Positions 29,401-45,108 of a DNA stretch of 64,000 nt are shown one piece after another. Position numbers and translations under genes: made by a program. The notes beneath the pieces are model-generated. The model was not told the origin of the DNA, made no database searches, and worked only from the letters and a program-made list of their open reading frames with translations. This DNA comes from the human T2T-CHM13v2.0 reference genome, Homo sapiens: the NCBI RefSeq assembly GCF_009914755.1, contig NC_060935.1. One strand, given 5' to 3'. Positions within the stretch are counted from its first letter, which is position 1. Each line of letters begins with the position of its first letter.

Positions 29401-31761
29401 AAACAGTGGTGGTTTGTCTCCATGAGGCAGCATCAGGAACATCTCTCTCATCAGGCAGCATCGGGAACATTCACTGGATGGGCACTTTGTGTTGCCCACC
29501 GAGTGAATTCAAAGGCAGCTCTCTCAGGAGGGAGAGGTAAATGCTGTCTCCCCCAGCCTGGTTATGGGTGAAGGCAGAAGCTGTCCCACCCAGCTCCTCT
29601 CGCCTTCTTCCTCCACAACGAGCTCTCCATGAGCCAGAGCAGGGAGCACTCCTTCCCAGGACGCTGCTAGGGGAGAGGTTTGCCAGGGCAGGGCTGGAAT
29701 GCGGGCAAAGATAGAGGCCACCGACAGGGATCGTTATACTTTTAGAAGTCAGAAAAATTGGGACAGGCGGTGTCTCTAGGACAGGCTCCCTGGCCTTTTT
29801 CATTTGGATGGTAAGAACTCATCTTTTAAAAGTGGAGGCTGCCTGCTGAGAAGTGGGACAATCCCATCCATGGGGTCACGTCCGCAAGAGTCCCCCGCAC
29901 CCCTCCATCCCTGGAAACCAACAGCTTCCTCCTCAGCCCGCTCCCTCTGACGTAGAACTCCTTGGGAAAGCAGGATACTGCTTTTAAAGAGTAATCATTG
30001 ACCTTGAACTCTTAAGATGTGTTTCTCAATTTTCCCCTTTTATCACTATCCGGCTAACATTATGCTGTGTCGTTTCTTGAGTTCCGGTATTTAATACAAA
30101 ATGTTGAATGAAAACATATTTTGTAAACAGGCTCTACAACTGGGTATGGGAGAAGGGAACATTGTGTCAATCCTGCCCGTCCTTTCTCTAGGCACTTGAA
30201 AAACATCCCTGGTATCCCAGCAAGCAGGCAAGATATCACTGTTGCATTCTCTCAACATTCCTGCTCCTCTGGTGCATAAGGCCAACGTGCCTGGGACAAA
30301 TGTGGTACAGTGTAGGAGTGAAGAATATGGGCTGTGACTCAGTCAGATTAAAATCTCAACTCTGCCACATGCATGAACTGCATGACCCTGTGGGAGGTAC
30401 TTTTGGAGTCTTGGTTTCTTCATCTGTAAAATGGGAACCACTATCAAAAGGAGGTGAGTGGAGAGACTGCATGTAAATGGAGAATGCATGTAAAATGGCA
30501 CTGAGATGCACACAAAGGATCAATACATGGTGTGCATTGATCCGATTTGCCGTTCATCACTTGAGCATCTCCTAATTGTGAAAGTCCTGGGGTGTGCGTT
30601 CACAGGCTGGTGCAGGTTCATGCTAGGGGCAGGCCCTGTGAGACAGAAGCCCCCTCTTCCTGCAGACCTCCCTGACATCCGCACTCCATTCCTCATCCGT
30701 CTCATCTTTCTTCCCAGACTGGTCTTCCTCACTCCACGCCTCCTTCTTTCTCCTGGAGCCCAACTGCCTCCTCCATGGCCCTCCAAGTCCCCACTGCATC
30801 AGGCAATCCTTCATGGCCAAGTGTCAGCATCACCAATGCTTCTGGGACGACAGGAGAGGGGAAAGCCACTGGTCTCAACCAACCTCTCCCCTCTGCATTT
30901 ATCTCAGCCCATCCCCCAGACCATCCTTCAATCCTCCCCTACTCCATAAAAATATTGCACCAACTCCGCAGCTCACATTTGCTCATTTGGTCTGCTTGAC
31001 TTGCTTACCGCTGCGGTCTCCCTGTCTGAGGCCTCTACTCGAATTGGGATAATTTTGTCTGTGCTTAAAGGCACTGACCTTCCAGATCCCCGGACTTCAG
31101 GAATTTGTCCTCATCCCCTCATCAGTCTCTGAAGCACAACCTTATTCAGGGATCTGGTCTTGATCGTCCTAACTGTACAGGGCTGGCCAGTGGGTTTCCA
31201 GACCTCTAAATTACTATACCCTTCCTATGCTGTCTGGCTCTCTCTTTCCTTCTCAAGGCCAGCCTGAGAGCTAACAGAATCAGGATTTTGCTTGAAACAT
31301 GGAGGAAAGCCCAGAGCCCTCCATGGAATCAGCTACTTTCTCAGCATAACATCAACCGACAATAGAAATCAGACCAGGTGTGATCATCATCATGAACATT
31401 TATATTTATTTATCAGTTTTGCAAGATCCTATCAAATAAATAATTTCACATATTTCATCCACTCGATAATTAAAATAGTCAGTAGAAGAAAAGACCTGAA
31501 TGAAGAGCCCAGACCTTTATATTTTCATAGGGATTTGTTTCCCTTTTTGTGGTTCTCATGCACTTACCTATGAGAAATTCCTACAAGCCACTCTTCCTGT
31601 TTCAAGACTTTGAAGAACAATGCCTCCTGCGAGTCAGTTAATTCAGAATGGTGGGTTCAAGACAGCCCAGACAGCAATTCTTAGGCCAGCCAAGATGCAC
31701 CCCATCACCCCTCTCATCTGGTAACAGTCCATCTACGGCAAGCAACTTCCCTCTTCTATGC

Positions 31762-31965
31762 CAGGGTCTCTCAACCAGGGGACTATTGACATTTTGGGCC
31801 AGAGCTTTCTTTGGGAAGGGGGAGGAAAGTGCTGTCCTGTGCACTGTAGGTTGTTTAGCAGCATCTCTGGCCTGTATCCCGCAGATACCAGGAGCACCCC
31901 ACCCCTGCCCTGGTCATGATGATCCAAAATGTCTCCAGAATTGCCAAATATCCCCTGGGGGAGCA
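31762..31965. mobile_element. MER20-like DNA transposon
   Basis: tctcaacc...actattgacattttgggcc...ccaaaatgtctccagaattgccaaatatcccctgggg. Confidence 0.7.
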
Positions 31966-32876
31966 AAATCAACCACCCGACCACCACCCACCCACACACA
32001 CACCCAAACTTCTTCCTGGCACATCCGTTAGTCCAAGATCAGTGTTGCAAACACCCTTCAGGGAGGACAGGGCTCCAAGGACCATCACCTTTGCTCTTTG
32101 TTACCCAATAGAGCCAAGAAAGTAGTTCCTAGCAGCAGCAAGACATGGGAAAACGCTGCCTGCCAGTGAGGCTTGGGGCTCGCAAGGAATACATCCTCAC
32201 CAAGGCCATAAGACTTCAATTTGTGGATGCTGGAAAACAGGGCATCAGGGAGGCAGGGGTCCACTGCTGAGATGTGTGACTGAGTGAGGTGCAAGGACTG
32301 GAGAGGCAGGTATGGACCCTCACCACACTTGATCTTACCTGTGGAAGTCTCCCCAACTTGTGGAAGTCACCAACATAGGATCTGCCAACTGTGTTTGAAA
32401 ACAACCCCCTCATGGATTGATTCCCCTGGGCTAGTGCACACAGTTCCTCTGACTGCATTCAGCATGCGTTTCTTGACCCACAGTGGACCTTCACAGCAGG
32501 GCCCTGGGCCATCTTCGCTGGCTCCTCTCAAGGACTAGAAGGGCCCAGCACCATCCCAGGATAGTCAAGTGCAAATCTCATCAGTCACCCTTCAAGTATT
32601 TAACAAGCCCACCCTGTAGATCCTCGCTACACACAGTGTCATCCACAGGCCGGCACAGGGGGAATCCCCTGGGAACTTGTCAGAAAAGAGGACTCTCAAC
32701 GCCCTGCCCCAGAAGTTCTGAATCTAAGCCTGAACTTTAGCAAATTCCCCAGCTGCTGTCCATGGACATGAAAGTTGAGAAGCCCTAATGGAAGTAATGC
32801 AGGAAAGGGAGAAGAGGATCTCCTTCCCTCTAGAAGCTCACACTCCAGCAGAGAAGATGGGATATATAAAAATGAA

Positions 32877-33522
<646 letters not shown>

Positions 33523-34369
33523 TCAAAAAGGATGGGAAAGCACTATTCTGATCTAAAGTACTATTTAATGTTAAAGGTACTCTAAATGCTACAGAGGTTC
33601 AGAGAAGAGAGGGCTCCGGGTGACTGGAAGAGTCTGGGAAGATCCAGCAGAGGGAGTTGGGGAGCTGGGAGTACTGAGTCATATGCTAAACCAGGTGCTG
33701 CAGTAAATAAAGCAAGATGGAAAAGTGCACATGCTGACCACTGCACCCAACACCGCCTCAAGCCTGGGCCACAGGGAGCTCCCACTGACCTACTTTCACC
33801 CACTAACTCCTCACAGTCTATGGAAGAGTAACACAGTGGGTCTCAGAAACACATACAGTGTTCACAAGTGCTTTACAGAAGACACAGAGCAAGCAGAGAT
33901 GGTCTCTGTGGCAAGGCTGGCAAGAAGCTCAATTGCTGCAAAAGTTATTAACTCTGGGTTGGGGTAGAGGGCAATGGACTTTTTACCATTTTTCAGAGCT
34001 GACCTGTGAGGATGGCTAGATACTGCAAGAGGATGCCTGGAGGAGGGAGAGGTAAAAGAAATGAGCCAGTAATTTCTTGGGTAATAGTTTTCCTAGATAA
34101 TGTTTATGAGCATTTGCTATGTACTTGATGTTTTCATACTTAAAAAAAATTAAACCTCACTATGATCCTATCAGGCAGGGACTTTTGTCCCCACTTCACA
34201 GATAAAGAAACTGGAGATTTAGAATTTGAAGCCAGGTTGGTCTGCTTTCCATAGCCCATGATCTTAACTGCAAGCTAAACTTACAGGGTCGTCTGAGAAT
34301 CTCTGTTCTTCCCTGTGCAGTTGAAACAATCAATGTGGCTGTACTTTTGTTGTAAGACCTGGCTCTTTC

Positions 34370-34760
34370 CGACTCGCTGACGTTTGCCATGCTTGTCCTG
34401 AGCTTCTCCAGAGAAATGCTGTCTTCTGGCAGGAAAAGATAAAAACGGCTGATATAAATGAGTCACCACACTCGCTATAATTAACAGTGATGCAAGAGCC
34501 AGATGCAAAATAAGAGGGGCCTCTGGACCTGACTTTTAGGCTGCCCAAACTTTGAGCTGCACTTCAATGTAAAACAGTCTCCATAGCTAGGCTTCCATCT
34601 GTTTGAGACGCATTTTAAATGAAGAAATAAAACCCGGAATGCATGCAAGCCCCAAGATAATGGAGCTGAGAGGGGCTGCACCAAATTAATCTCCTTATTT
34701 ACAATTCAAAAACCATACACCAGAACAGAAAGAGAGTTTATAGTTTATAGATAATATAGA
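34370..34760. promoter_or_regulatory. Candidate WT1 3' haematopoietic enhancer
   Basis: AGATAA at 34437, 34655 and 34749; TGAGTCA 34459-34465 overlapping ACCACA 34465-34470; TGACGT at 34378; a GATA-dependent 3' enhancer of WT1 is known, but equating it with this interval is inference. Confidence 0.45.
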
Positions 34761-35280
34761 TCTTTGCTTTCACACTCAGTTGCCCTGGAAAGGCTGAGCA
34801 GTTTTCAATCTGCTGAGCTGATTTATAGCAAGTACAGCTGTAAATTCAATTGTACTAGGTGTTCAGCCTATGCCCTCCCAGTGATGTATCTGAACTTTTC
34901 AAAAGGACTAGTTGTCATTAACATCTCTCTATTTTCTTTTGCTGATCTGGGATGATGGGATGCAATGACAATCTGCTTAAAATAAACCTTAAAACCTTAA
35001 AACATAATCACCACATCATCCACAAACCCCATTCAACCACAGCATGAGCACAATCACTCTGTAACACAAGGTGAAGATATTCTCTGTTGCTTCTAGGACA
35101 TATAAGTCCCTCCTGAAGTTTGACAGAGAGAAATAAATTGTGGTCAGGACCTGGATAGGCTCACTAGTAGCCGTCGATGTCGGTGGCGTCTTCTCTTACC
35201 TGTTTAAAAGAGGCTCAGTGGCCTTGAGATTTGAACACAATACAGCTGATGGAATCTTGCCACTTTCCTTTTGAATAGAC

Positions 35281-35286
35281 TTTAAT
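35281..35286 (-). terminator. WT1 polyadenylation signal ATTAAA
   Basis: tttaat on plus; GU-rich tgtattgtgtt downstream on minus (~35244-35234); TGTA motifs upstream. Confidence 0.8.
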
Positions 35287-35491
35287 TGAGAGCAAAGTGA
35301 AAAATGCAGGTTACAATTTTAAGTGTTATCATCAATATCTTGTAAGATCAACACCCAGTGATGCATCTAGTACTTATACAGTCCTAATTTTAGTTGTCAA
35401 AGAGCAAATCATTATCAGACATATATTTACACAGTAATTTCAAGCAACGGTAAATAATAAATTCCCTCCCTTAAAAAACAAAACACAACAC

Positions 35492-35492
<1 letters not shown>

Positions 35493-35526
<34 letters not shown>
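35493..35526. repeat. (AC)17 microsatellite, (GU)17 in the WT1 3' UTR
   Basis: Counted directly. Confidence 0.95.
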
Positions 35527-35528
<2 letters not shown>

Positions 35529-36546
35529 CCATCTTTAAACAATGGATTTCCTCACCCAGTAAGTCTCATTTTTTTCACATATACTTGTAGACCCAAAGGT
35601 CCTTAAGTTACTTAAAAACAGTCTTATCAGTGGAGATCCTGGACCATCCCCTATTTTCTTTTAAAGTCACTTTCATTTTTACAACTTGAAGCCATATACC
35701 AGCATGGTTTTTATACACTAAGGACACTCCCAGTGATGAAAATGAATTCCCCTCCATTTGTGCAAGGAGGTATGTACATCTATAAAGACACATATGATTA
35801 CCACTCAAAAGAGTCAAAAACATACACAAAAAAATCTCAGATCTTCATAGTTTCTTAAGAGCAGTGTGCCAGTGTTCACATTGAATTAACTGAATGGTAA
35901 AATTCTTTTAGATTTCTATACAGAGGTACTGGTTAGTTCTGATTTTTTCTTCAGCTGCTTGAAATGCATGAGCTTTAAAAGTTGCCTGGCAGAACTACAT
36001 CCTGCTTTCCAGGTTAGCAGCCTGGCTGACCTCGGGAATGTTAGACAAGATTCACCCCCGATGCCTTGCTCTCTGATTTATTTCTTGCTGTTGCTGTTAG
36101 TAAATGGAAACCATGACAAAGTTTACATTAGCAGACACATACACATGCCCTGGCCTATAAATATTCCATGATAGAAAATGGTACAATAATTCCATCCCCA
36201 GCGAAAACGAGCATAAAAAAAGAAGGGAAGGGTCAGGGGGACATGATCAGCTATGGCTCTTCTTACAGTAGAAAATCCACACCAAATGGCAATGGGCTTT
36301 TAACTAACCAGACATTGTTAGCTGCTTCTCCAGGGCCTGTGAGTCAACTAAAAGTAGGCAGGGCAGAGACCAACTCTTCCAGGCACACCTGGTAGTTTCC
36401 AGAAGCACCGGTATCTTGTCTTGGAAGTTGGATGAAGAAGATCAACTGAAGTTTCCTTTTTAGTGAGGAGGAGTGGAGAGTCAGACTTGAAAGCAGTTCA
36501 CACACTGTGCTGCCTGGGACACTGAACGGTCCCCGAGGGAGACCCC

Positions 36547-36687
<141 letters not shown>

Positions 36688-38437
36688 TCAGAGACACTTG
36701 CAACAAAGAGACAGGCACAAGTTCAACTATCAAGGCCCGAGTGAAGTCATCACAAGGCACCCACTCTGAATTTCCCATCATTCTGTCCCTGAGCTAACCA
36801 ACTGAGCTCATTTCCCAGGCAGCCTTGAAACAGCAGCACCTCTTGGGGCTTTAAGGATCGAAATATTGTAAAAAGTTATATTCTTAGGTCAGAAAACTTG
36901 GAAAGTGGGAGATAAAGAATGAGTCAAGTTGGGGGAAATGTCTGAGCAATTCATAATTAAGGGGAAAAACGTTTGTTTCAGTCTCTGCTGATAGAATGTT
37001 TTGTGAACTGTGTAAATTTCTCCCCCTTGTTGAGTAAGTTGGGAACTGAGATGAACTGGGCTGCAGAAGCCTCTGGGTCATCTACCCTGGGTATTACTGA
37101 GTGATCACTGTCCAGGGATCTCAGCTGTGACTGAAGCTTTTAACACTTCTATCTGTGTAGATACCCTGGATGGGCTGGATACTTTAAAATAAATCACTGA
37201 TACCAGTTTACATGTTATGTGTTGTTTTTTTTTTTCTCTTAAAGTGTTACTGAGAGCATAATCCTGTTATATGGAAGATTCTAGTTGGGGCGTGGTTCTT
37301 AGATTTTTAATAAGCTTGCCAAAAGATTGAGGCTTCTCCACCCAAAGAGCCCTCAGACATTCTTTCCAAGCCTCATTCTCATTAGGGAGAATAACTACCA
37401 TTTATTTGATGCTTAACATATGCCAAGCCTTGTGCTGGGCTTCACACACGCACACACACAACCTCATGTACTCCTTACAACTGCCCGTAGGGGAAGCGTT
37501 ATTATCCCCACTCTACAGATGAGGTAGGACATCTATTGAGGGCAGATCCAGGCAGAACTCAAATCTCCAGGTCTGTCGAATTCCAGAGCCCGTGCTCTTC
37601 CCTGTATCACACCTCCCAGGCCTAGCCATGATGGAAAAGCAGCTGCAGCTCCATCTTAAGGAAGAATGCACAGAAGCTAAACCCTGTGCCACCTGACGGA
37701 TCTTCTCAGATACTGCTGGTCCCACTTGGCCTTCTCTGAGAACTACTGGTTTGGACAAGCACTGAGAAATGTCCCAGGAGGGCTGGTGTCCCAGGGTCAG
37801 ACTGGAGGCCAATCAAATGTGGTATTAAACAGTCTGCTGGCAAAACAGGTCATGTCACACTTACTTGGGGAGTGTGACAGCCGTGTCAAAGGGACTATAA
37901 CACTTTGCCACCGAATTATGAGCTCAGGACTAAGTTAAAGAAGCATCAAAGGCACCTGAGGAAGGGAAGCAAGATCCCATCCTGCCAACCATGGGCCACA
38001 GGTGCCTTGGCTCTGTTTTTAAATGCAGCCAATTTGGGCGAAGAATCTGGGGCTGCTCAGGGGTTTGTGATGTCATGTTTTCCTTCACTCGCTGTTCCTC
38101 TGCTCTTCCTGGCCTGGCTCTCACTCTCCAACCCCACCTCCAGCAGTGCTGTTAAGGGCTGGCTCCTAATGGACTAATCCCAACCCTGTCTCTTGTCATC
38201 TTCATTCCTCTCAGTCTCTCAGTGGTGTTCAGCTTTGCTGACTTTGATTCTCTACTTGACTCTCCATGCTCCCTGGACTGCAGAGTAAATATCTGCCCCT
38301 TCTCCAATAAAGAAGCAAGTGGGACAAGGTGGGCTGGAAGCAGACAGAACTGGATTTGCTCCTTACTAGCTTTGTGACTTTAGATAAGCCATTGAATTAT
38401 TATTGCCTCAGTCTCCTCATCTGTAAGATGGGAATAA

Positions 38438-38771
<334 letters not shown>

Positions 38772-39455
38772 TACCTTACTCTACTTACAAGCATGTTGTG
38801 AAGATAGACTTAGATAAGCTAAATATTAACGCTCTTTCCAAAGGTAGAAAATATGCAACAAAGGTGGTGCTATTTTTATTATGAATCACACCAGCCTTGC
38901 AGAAAGCAAAAACCTTCAGCAGCCAGTAAATGAATGCCCTATTCTCCTCTCTGTACTAGTATGAAGGAAATAATATCCACACACTGATACTGGTCCAGCA
39001 GAAACCAAGACCGCTCCTGGTGCATTAACTTTTAACAGAGCAAGGACTCAGTTCTCTGAAAATAGTGCCATTAAACATGTGCTCTCAGAAGAATAAATAT
39101 TTGGCTTGCTAGAATTTCTGCTGCTTTTCTGTAAAGTTGATTATCGTATCAAAGAGAGTAACAAAATGTGTGATGCAACAAACTGGAAACAGTAGGGACC
39201 TGGCTTATCTCTTCATTTTCATTCTGCACACTCCAGCCATTCTTTTCCCATCTTTCTCCTTCTCTGTATTTCCACCCTCCCCTTCTTTAAAAAATGTTAT
39301 TATTTATTATTTAAAGATAGCCACGCACTATTCCTTCTCTCAACTGAGTCTAAACCTTAGAACTTTTACACTAGTCTTTTCCAATCCCTCTCATCACAAT
39401 TTCATTCCACAATAGTTTAAAAAAATAATGAAAAATAAATGTGAAGAAAAGTTTA

Positions 39456-39572
<117 letters not shown>

Positions 39573-40149
39573 CTAGCCTCGGCCCTAACAATGTGGGCAC
39601 AGTGAGGCCCACAAGGCTGACTTCCGGCAGCTGGAGGAGCCCAGCATTTCCTGCCATGCCTGCAATGTCTGCATCTGCCTCACCCTTAGATTTCCCCAGT
39701 CCCCCAGGCCCAACAAGAATCACTGATTCTGCACAGTAATCTTCAAGGACCTGCTTCTGTCTTGGGAACAACCATTCCTTAACCACAGAGGTCCAGCTTC
39801 TCACCAGCTGGAAGATCTCAGCTGTGTCAGAGACAGGAAAAGTGAATCACACGCTACAAATTGGATTCCGCTCTCCATCACCCTCATTCTTTGCTGATGC
39901 TCAGTGTATCATCAGCCCACTGCTAGTGGGATCTCACTGTTCTGTGGTTTGCAGGGGAAATGTGGGGTGTTTCCTTTTCTTTCTTTTTCTTTATTTAAGA
40001 GGAGGAACATCTCCAGAGATTATGGGGGGAAAATACTGGAAAAACTAAACACATGGCTGACTCTCTCATTCATATTCAACAACAAAGAGAATCATGAAAT
40101 CAACCCTAGCCCAAGGGAACACAGCTGCCAGCAATGAGAAGTGAACCTA

Positions 40150-40263
<114 letters not shown>

Positions 40264-41376
40264 CTATTTGAAAATGATACTGGAAAAGGGGATCTCATTA
40301 AAGGCAACCTCTCCTACTAGGACTGAACAGATCCCAAAATGCCTAAGGCACTTCGCTGGAGCTTGTTAGGGTAGGATGATCCCCAACTTGCAAGTTACAA
40401 ATGAATGGGAGCTCAGGGGCCAGAGGATTCTGCCCCAAGGCTCACATCTAGCTCTGCCATTAAAAAAAAAAAAAAAGCCCTGGGTGAGGTGTGGTTTCTT
40501 TATTGTAAAATGGGTCCAATAATCCAACAACTTTAAAGGATTTATGACCTTCACATAAAGGGCTCAGCCCAGAGCCTGGCATAGAAGGCGTGCTCAAAAA
40601 CTATTAGCAAATAAAAAACAAAATCTTTAACTCCCAGGCAGAATCTGAGGCAGAATTCTGGGATGCATGTGCCTTGAGGTCAACCTCATGAAATAAGAGT
40701 TTTATGTTTTAGGGCCCAAAGATCTGGTGTTCTTTGCTACTGACTCCTTGTTCTTGCATCAAGCAAATATGACTCCATGGTTGTGAGACCCTCAAAACAC
40801 ACCAAAAGCACTGAGAAAGTTTTTGGTGTGCTTTATCCAAGAGAAGTCAGTAGTGGGATTACCCAACCTCCTGTCTCAGAATGGAGAAGCCTCACCCCTG
40901 TCCTCACTAGAGAAAGTTCAGCCAAATACTGGGACCTGAGCCCCAAGAGAAGTGAGCAACCCCAGGCCTTCCCACCTTCTTAGGAGAATCCTGAGTCACA
41001 GGCATCTGGGATGGAAACAAGCCATTCTAGAATCAGTCAGGTCTTTCTGTTGCAAAGGCAGCCCCCTGTTACCTTTCCAATCTCAAAGCCTGGGCTATTT
41101 CCCTCATGAATCTCTATTCCCCACTATGCCAGAGCTCACATCCTGAAGTCCTCCTTGCACTCTGCTCACACTAAATGTCCCCCATCCCTATCTCCACATC
41201 GAAAAGTCTCCTGGGTGTCTCCTTCTTCTGCAATGCCTGCTTGGAAACTGCATGGGCCAATTTCCCTTCCTTCCCTCATTACGACATTTATTCCAGGCTG
41301 TCTAATGTGGTGAGCTGTGTCTGGGTCTACAATTCTACAATTCTTCAATGGGTTGGAAAATCCTAAGGGCTGGAGC

Positions 41377-41681
41377 CTTTTTATTTTTATTTTTTCTCAG
41401 AGACAGAGTCTCTCTCTGTTGCCCAGACTAAAGCGCAGTGGTGTGAGCCTAGCTCACTGCAGCCTCGAAACCGTGGGCACAAGCAATCCTCCTACCTCAG
41501 CCTCCTGAGTAGCTGGGACTACAGGCATACACCAGCACACTTGGCTAAATTTTTAAAAATATTTTTTTTAGAGACAGGGTCTCACTATATTGCCCAGGCT
41601 GGTCTTGAACCCCTTAAGCAATCCTCCCGCCTACGCCTCCCAACATACTGGGATTACAGGTGTGAGCCACTGCACCTGGCC
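41377..41681 (-). mobile_element. Alu, WT1 intron 7
   Basis: Reverse Alu consensus. Confidence 0.9.
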
Positions 41682-42966
41682 CCTTTCTTTGTATTTGTAT
41701 CCAGGTTGGTGCCTTATGTTTCACCTCTGTGAGCTGGAGAAGATGTTACCCCTATTGAGTCTGATTTCCTTCCCCTGCCTTTGAGCTTCTGCTCATCTAT
41801 CACTTTCTCTGCCCAAACTACCAGCCTCCACTGGCTAACCCAAGCTGTTCTTCCTCTGAGAAACTTTCTCGGATGACCTTAGTTCAAACTGATACCCTCC
41901 AAACCCCTCGGTACCTCCTGTCTCTGATTTAGTACATGATCATGTACTCTCTCAGTCACTTTTCATTTCTTTATATCCTAGCTCCCAAACAAACCAGGAA
42001 CTCTTTGAGAAGGAGGATTATAACCTGCAGTTAAAAAGAAGGAGTTTGAGTCCTCTTTCTGCTATATCCTATACTCTTCATAAATGTTTTGTGAGTGAGG
42101 ATTAAATGAAATATACATGTAGAGAGCCTGACACCCAAAAAGTACTTAATATAACAGTCTGTACTGTTGTTATAAATAAATAAGAAAATATTGCTCTCTT
42201 TCAAGGGGGACTGTAGGATTGTTAAATACCAACCTGCCCTCATCTTCTGCAAGGAAGAGTTTCTTAAAGGCTCCAGTGGGTCTGGGGTTTTGGCTGTCTT
42301 GTTCACTGCCTTCCCTTCACACAGTTGTCTAACCCTCACTGCATTCTAAGTGCTTCTCTCTCACTAAAAGTTTCTACAACCATATTGCCTTCATTTATTC
42401 CCTTGCATTTTTCAGGCAGGACTTTACTTTCTCGTTTTCCTTATAACCTTGACAGTCACTTTTCAAATGATCCCATTTGGGGAAATGTGTAAAAACATAA
42501 CATGCCACTGGTCCCCTCCTTTTTAGCCTCAAAGTCTGTGGCCCACTGAGTGCAAACTCAGATTGACACCAGAATTGCATCCTCTGGACACAGTGAATTA
42601 GCAAATTTCAATGGTCCAAGGAAATCTGAATGCAGCTCACTTTTTTCTCCAGCTTCCCAAGAGCAAAATCAGCAGTAATAACACAGTTGCAACAGTGATC
42701 CTATAATAATGCTGTTCTTCGATTGTGGAAAAGGCAGCAGTAGCTCCTCTGTAGGAAAACCTGGGTTTTACCACACTCCCACACTCCCACCTAGTGCCCA
42801 CAAGGCCCAGAGTAAACGTTCTGTGACATGGCTGTCCACATTCAAGGTGGCCAACACCAAACAATGCCAGTTCTCTGTTTCCCAGAAGCAGCCTCTCTGA
42901 CCTGGGGGAAAATCCAGTTTCATTGGCGTATCTTCAAAGATAAAAAATCATCATCTCTCTCTCTCC

Positions 42967-43250
42967 TTTTTTTTTTTTTTGGCAGAGTCTTGCTCTGTCG
43001 CCCAGGCTGGAGTACAGTGGTAAGATCTCAGCTCACTGCAACCTCTGCCTCCTAGGTTCAAGCAATTCTCCTGCCCCAGCCTCCCAAGTACAGGTGCGTG
43101 CCACCACACCCGGCTCATTTTTGTATTTTTAGTAGAGACGGGGTTTCACCTTGTTGGCCAGGCTGGTCTCCAACTCCTGACCTTGGGTGATCCACCCACT
43201 TCGGCCTCCCAAAGTGCTGGGATTACAGGCGTGAGCCCCCATGACTGACC
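42967..43250 (-). mobile_element. Alu, WT1 intron 7
   Basis: Reverse Alu consensus. Confidence 0.92.
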
Positions 43251-43644
43251 TTTTTTTTTTAAGTGATCACTAAAAAATCAAACTAACAATCAATTTTCCC
43301 CTTCCTGTCTAGTTGATTATTACTGACCCAAGCAGGTAAGTTTTTCTTTGGACCATCTCTTCTAAAATTTCACAATGATCTTGCCCATCGACCTCCTAAA
43401 ACCATCTGATGACTATATTCCCAGGCCAGCTCCTCTCTCCTTAGAAATGCTAATAGTATTCTAACACCAACACGATTCCTACACAGGTCTCTTTAATTCT
43501 GTGGCACTTTCTCTCTACCACTCTGCTCTGCCTTTCTGGAAGACAGTTTACTGACCTCTGTAATAAAGGATAGATAATCAGAATGCAAAATGGCCCCACA
43601 GCCTCTTTACAACACCTGGATCAGACCTTTCAAAGCAGTGCTTA

Positions 43645-44067
<423 letters not shown>

Positions 44068-44804
44068 CTAGATCAGGACATTCTACAATGCAGTGCTCTA
44101 AGATCATCACTACTGAGCAACCAGAAGTGGCTGTTGAGATGAAACCTACATGAAATGGCTGTCCCAGAGCCTCTGCAAAAGAAATGCTGGTACCTGGAAG
44201 AGCTCCCAATCCATTCTATCTCTCAGCTTCTCCTCTTGAGGTAGTGATGTCTGCAAGTCCAAAGTCCCAAAGTCTAACTACTCCCTCCCACTTGGAGTCA
44301 TGACCACATGACCTAGAGCCAGTCTGCAATGGGTGGGGACATCCTTATTAGAAAAAAGTGGGATAATGAATGAGCCCCTAACTGACCAGATCGTCCAAGT
44401 ATAAGTAAATAACAAGGAAGAAGAAGCCCCTGGATTTGGGGATCCCATCTGTGAAAGGAAGCAAAACCCACCAGAAGGCCATGGTGAAGCCAGCACAACC
44501 TTTAATAGTGAGGCCAGAAAGCACTGGAATCCATCTGCCTTCTGTGCTCTGCACACGTCCTTTGCAGGGCATCTGTTGCTCCCCTTTATCTTGTGGAAGT
44601 GCAGTGTGTGTGTTGTCAGTCTTCCAAGAATAAGAACTGGAGGAAAACAAAGAGGCAAGCTCCCCTTCCTCTTCTTGGGGTCAGGGAGTCATAAATGGGA
44701 GCTGAGCAAGTGCCTGAGTGGCCACTAAATTCTCCTCATTCCTTTATAGATGAGTAAATCAACCCCAAAGGCGGTGAGATGCTGACACAAGAGTGCATCC
44801 ATGT

Positions 44805-45108
44805 TTTGGTTTTGTTTGTTCTTAAGACAGGATCTTATTCTGTTGTCCAGGCTGGAGTGCAGTGGCACGATCGGGGCTCCTGCAGCCTCGACCTCACCAG
44901 CTTAAGTAATCCTCCCACTTCAGCCTCCTGAACAGCTGGGACAACAGGTGAGAGTCATCATGCCCAGCTAATTTTTTTTTTTTTTTTTGGTAGAGATAGG
45001 GTCTCCCTATGTTGCTCAGGCTGGTCTCAAACTCTTGAGCTGAAGGGATCCTTCCACCTTGGCCTCCTAGAGTGCTGGGATTACAGGTGTGAGCCACCAT
45101 GCCTGGCC
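44805..45108 (-). mobile_element. Alu (AluJ-like), WT1 intron 6
   Basis: Reverse Alu consensus, TSD agtgcatccatgtttt. Confidence 0.92.

Larger units (their letters stand above)
35264..36546 (-). other. WT1: WT1 3' UTR (~1.28 kb); cleavage position approximate
   Basis: Follows the stop codon, free of interspersed repeats, AU-rich, ends ~17 nt after ATTAAA. Confidence 0.85.

Noticed and set aside
28550-29800. GC-rich stretch with many overlapping ORFs, possible CpG island or gene
   Set aside because: CpG-depleted, peptides unrecognisable; long ORFs are expected from high GC content
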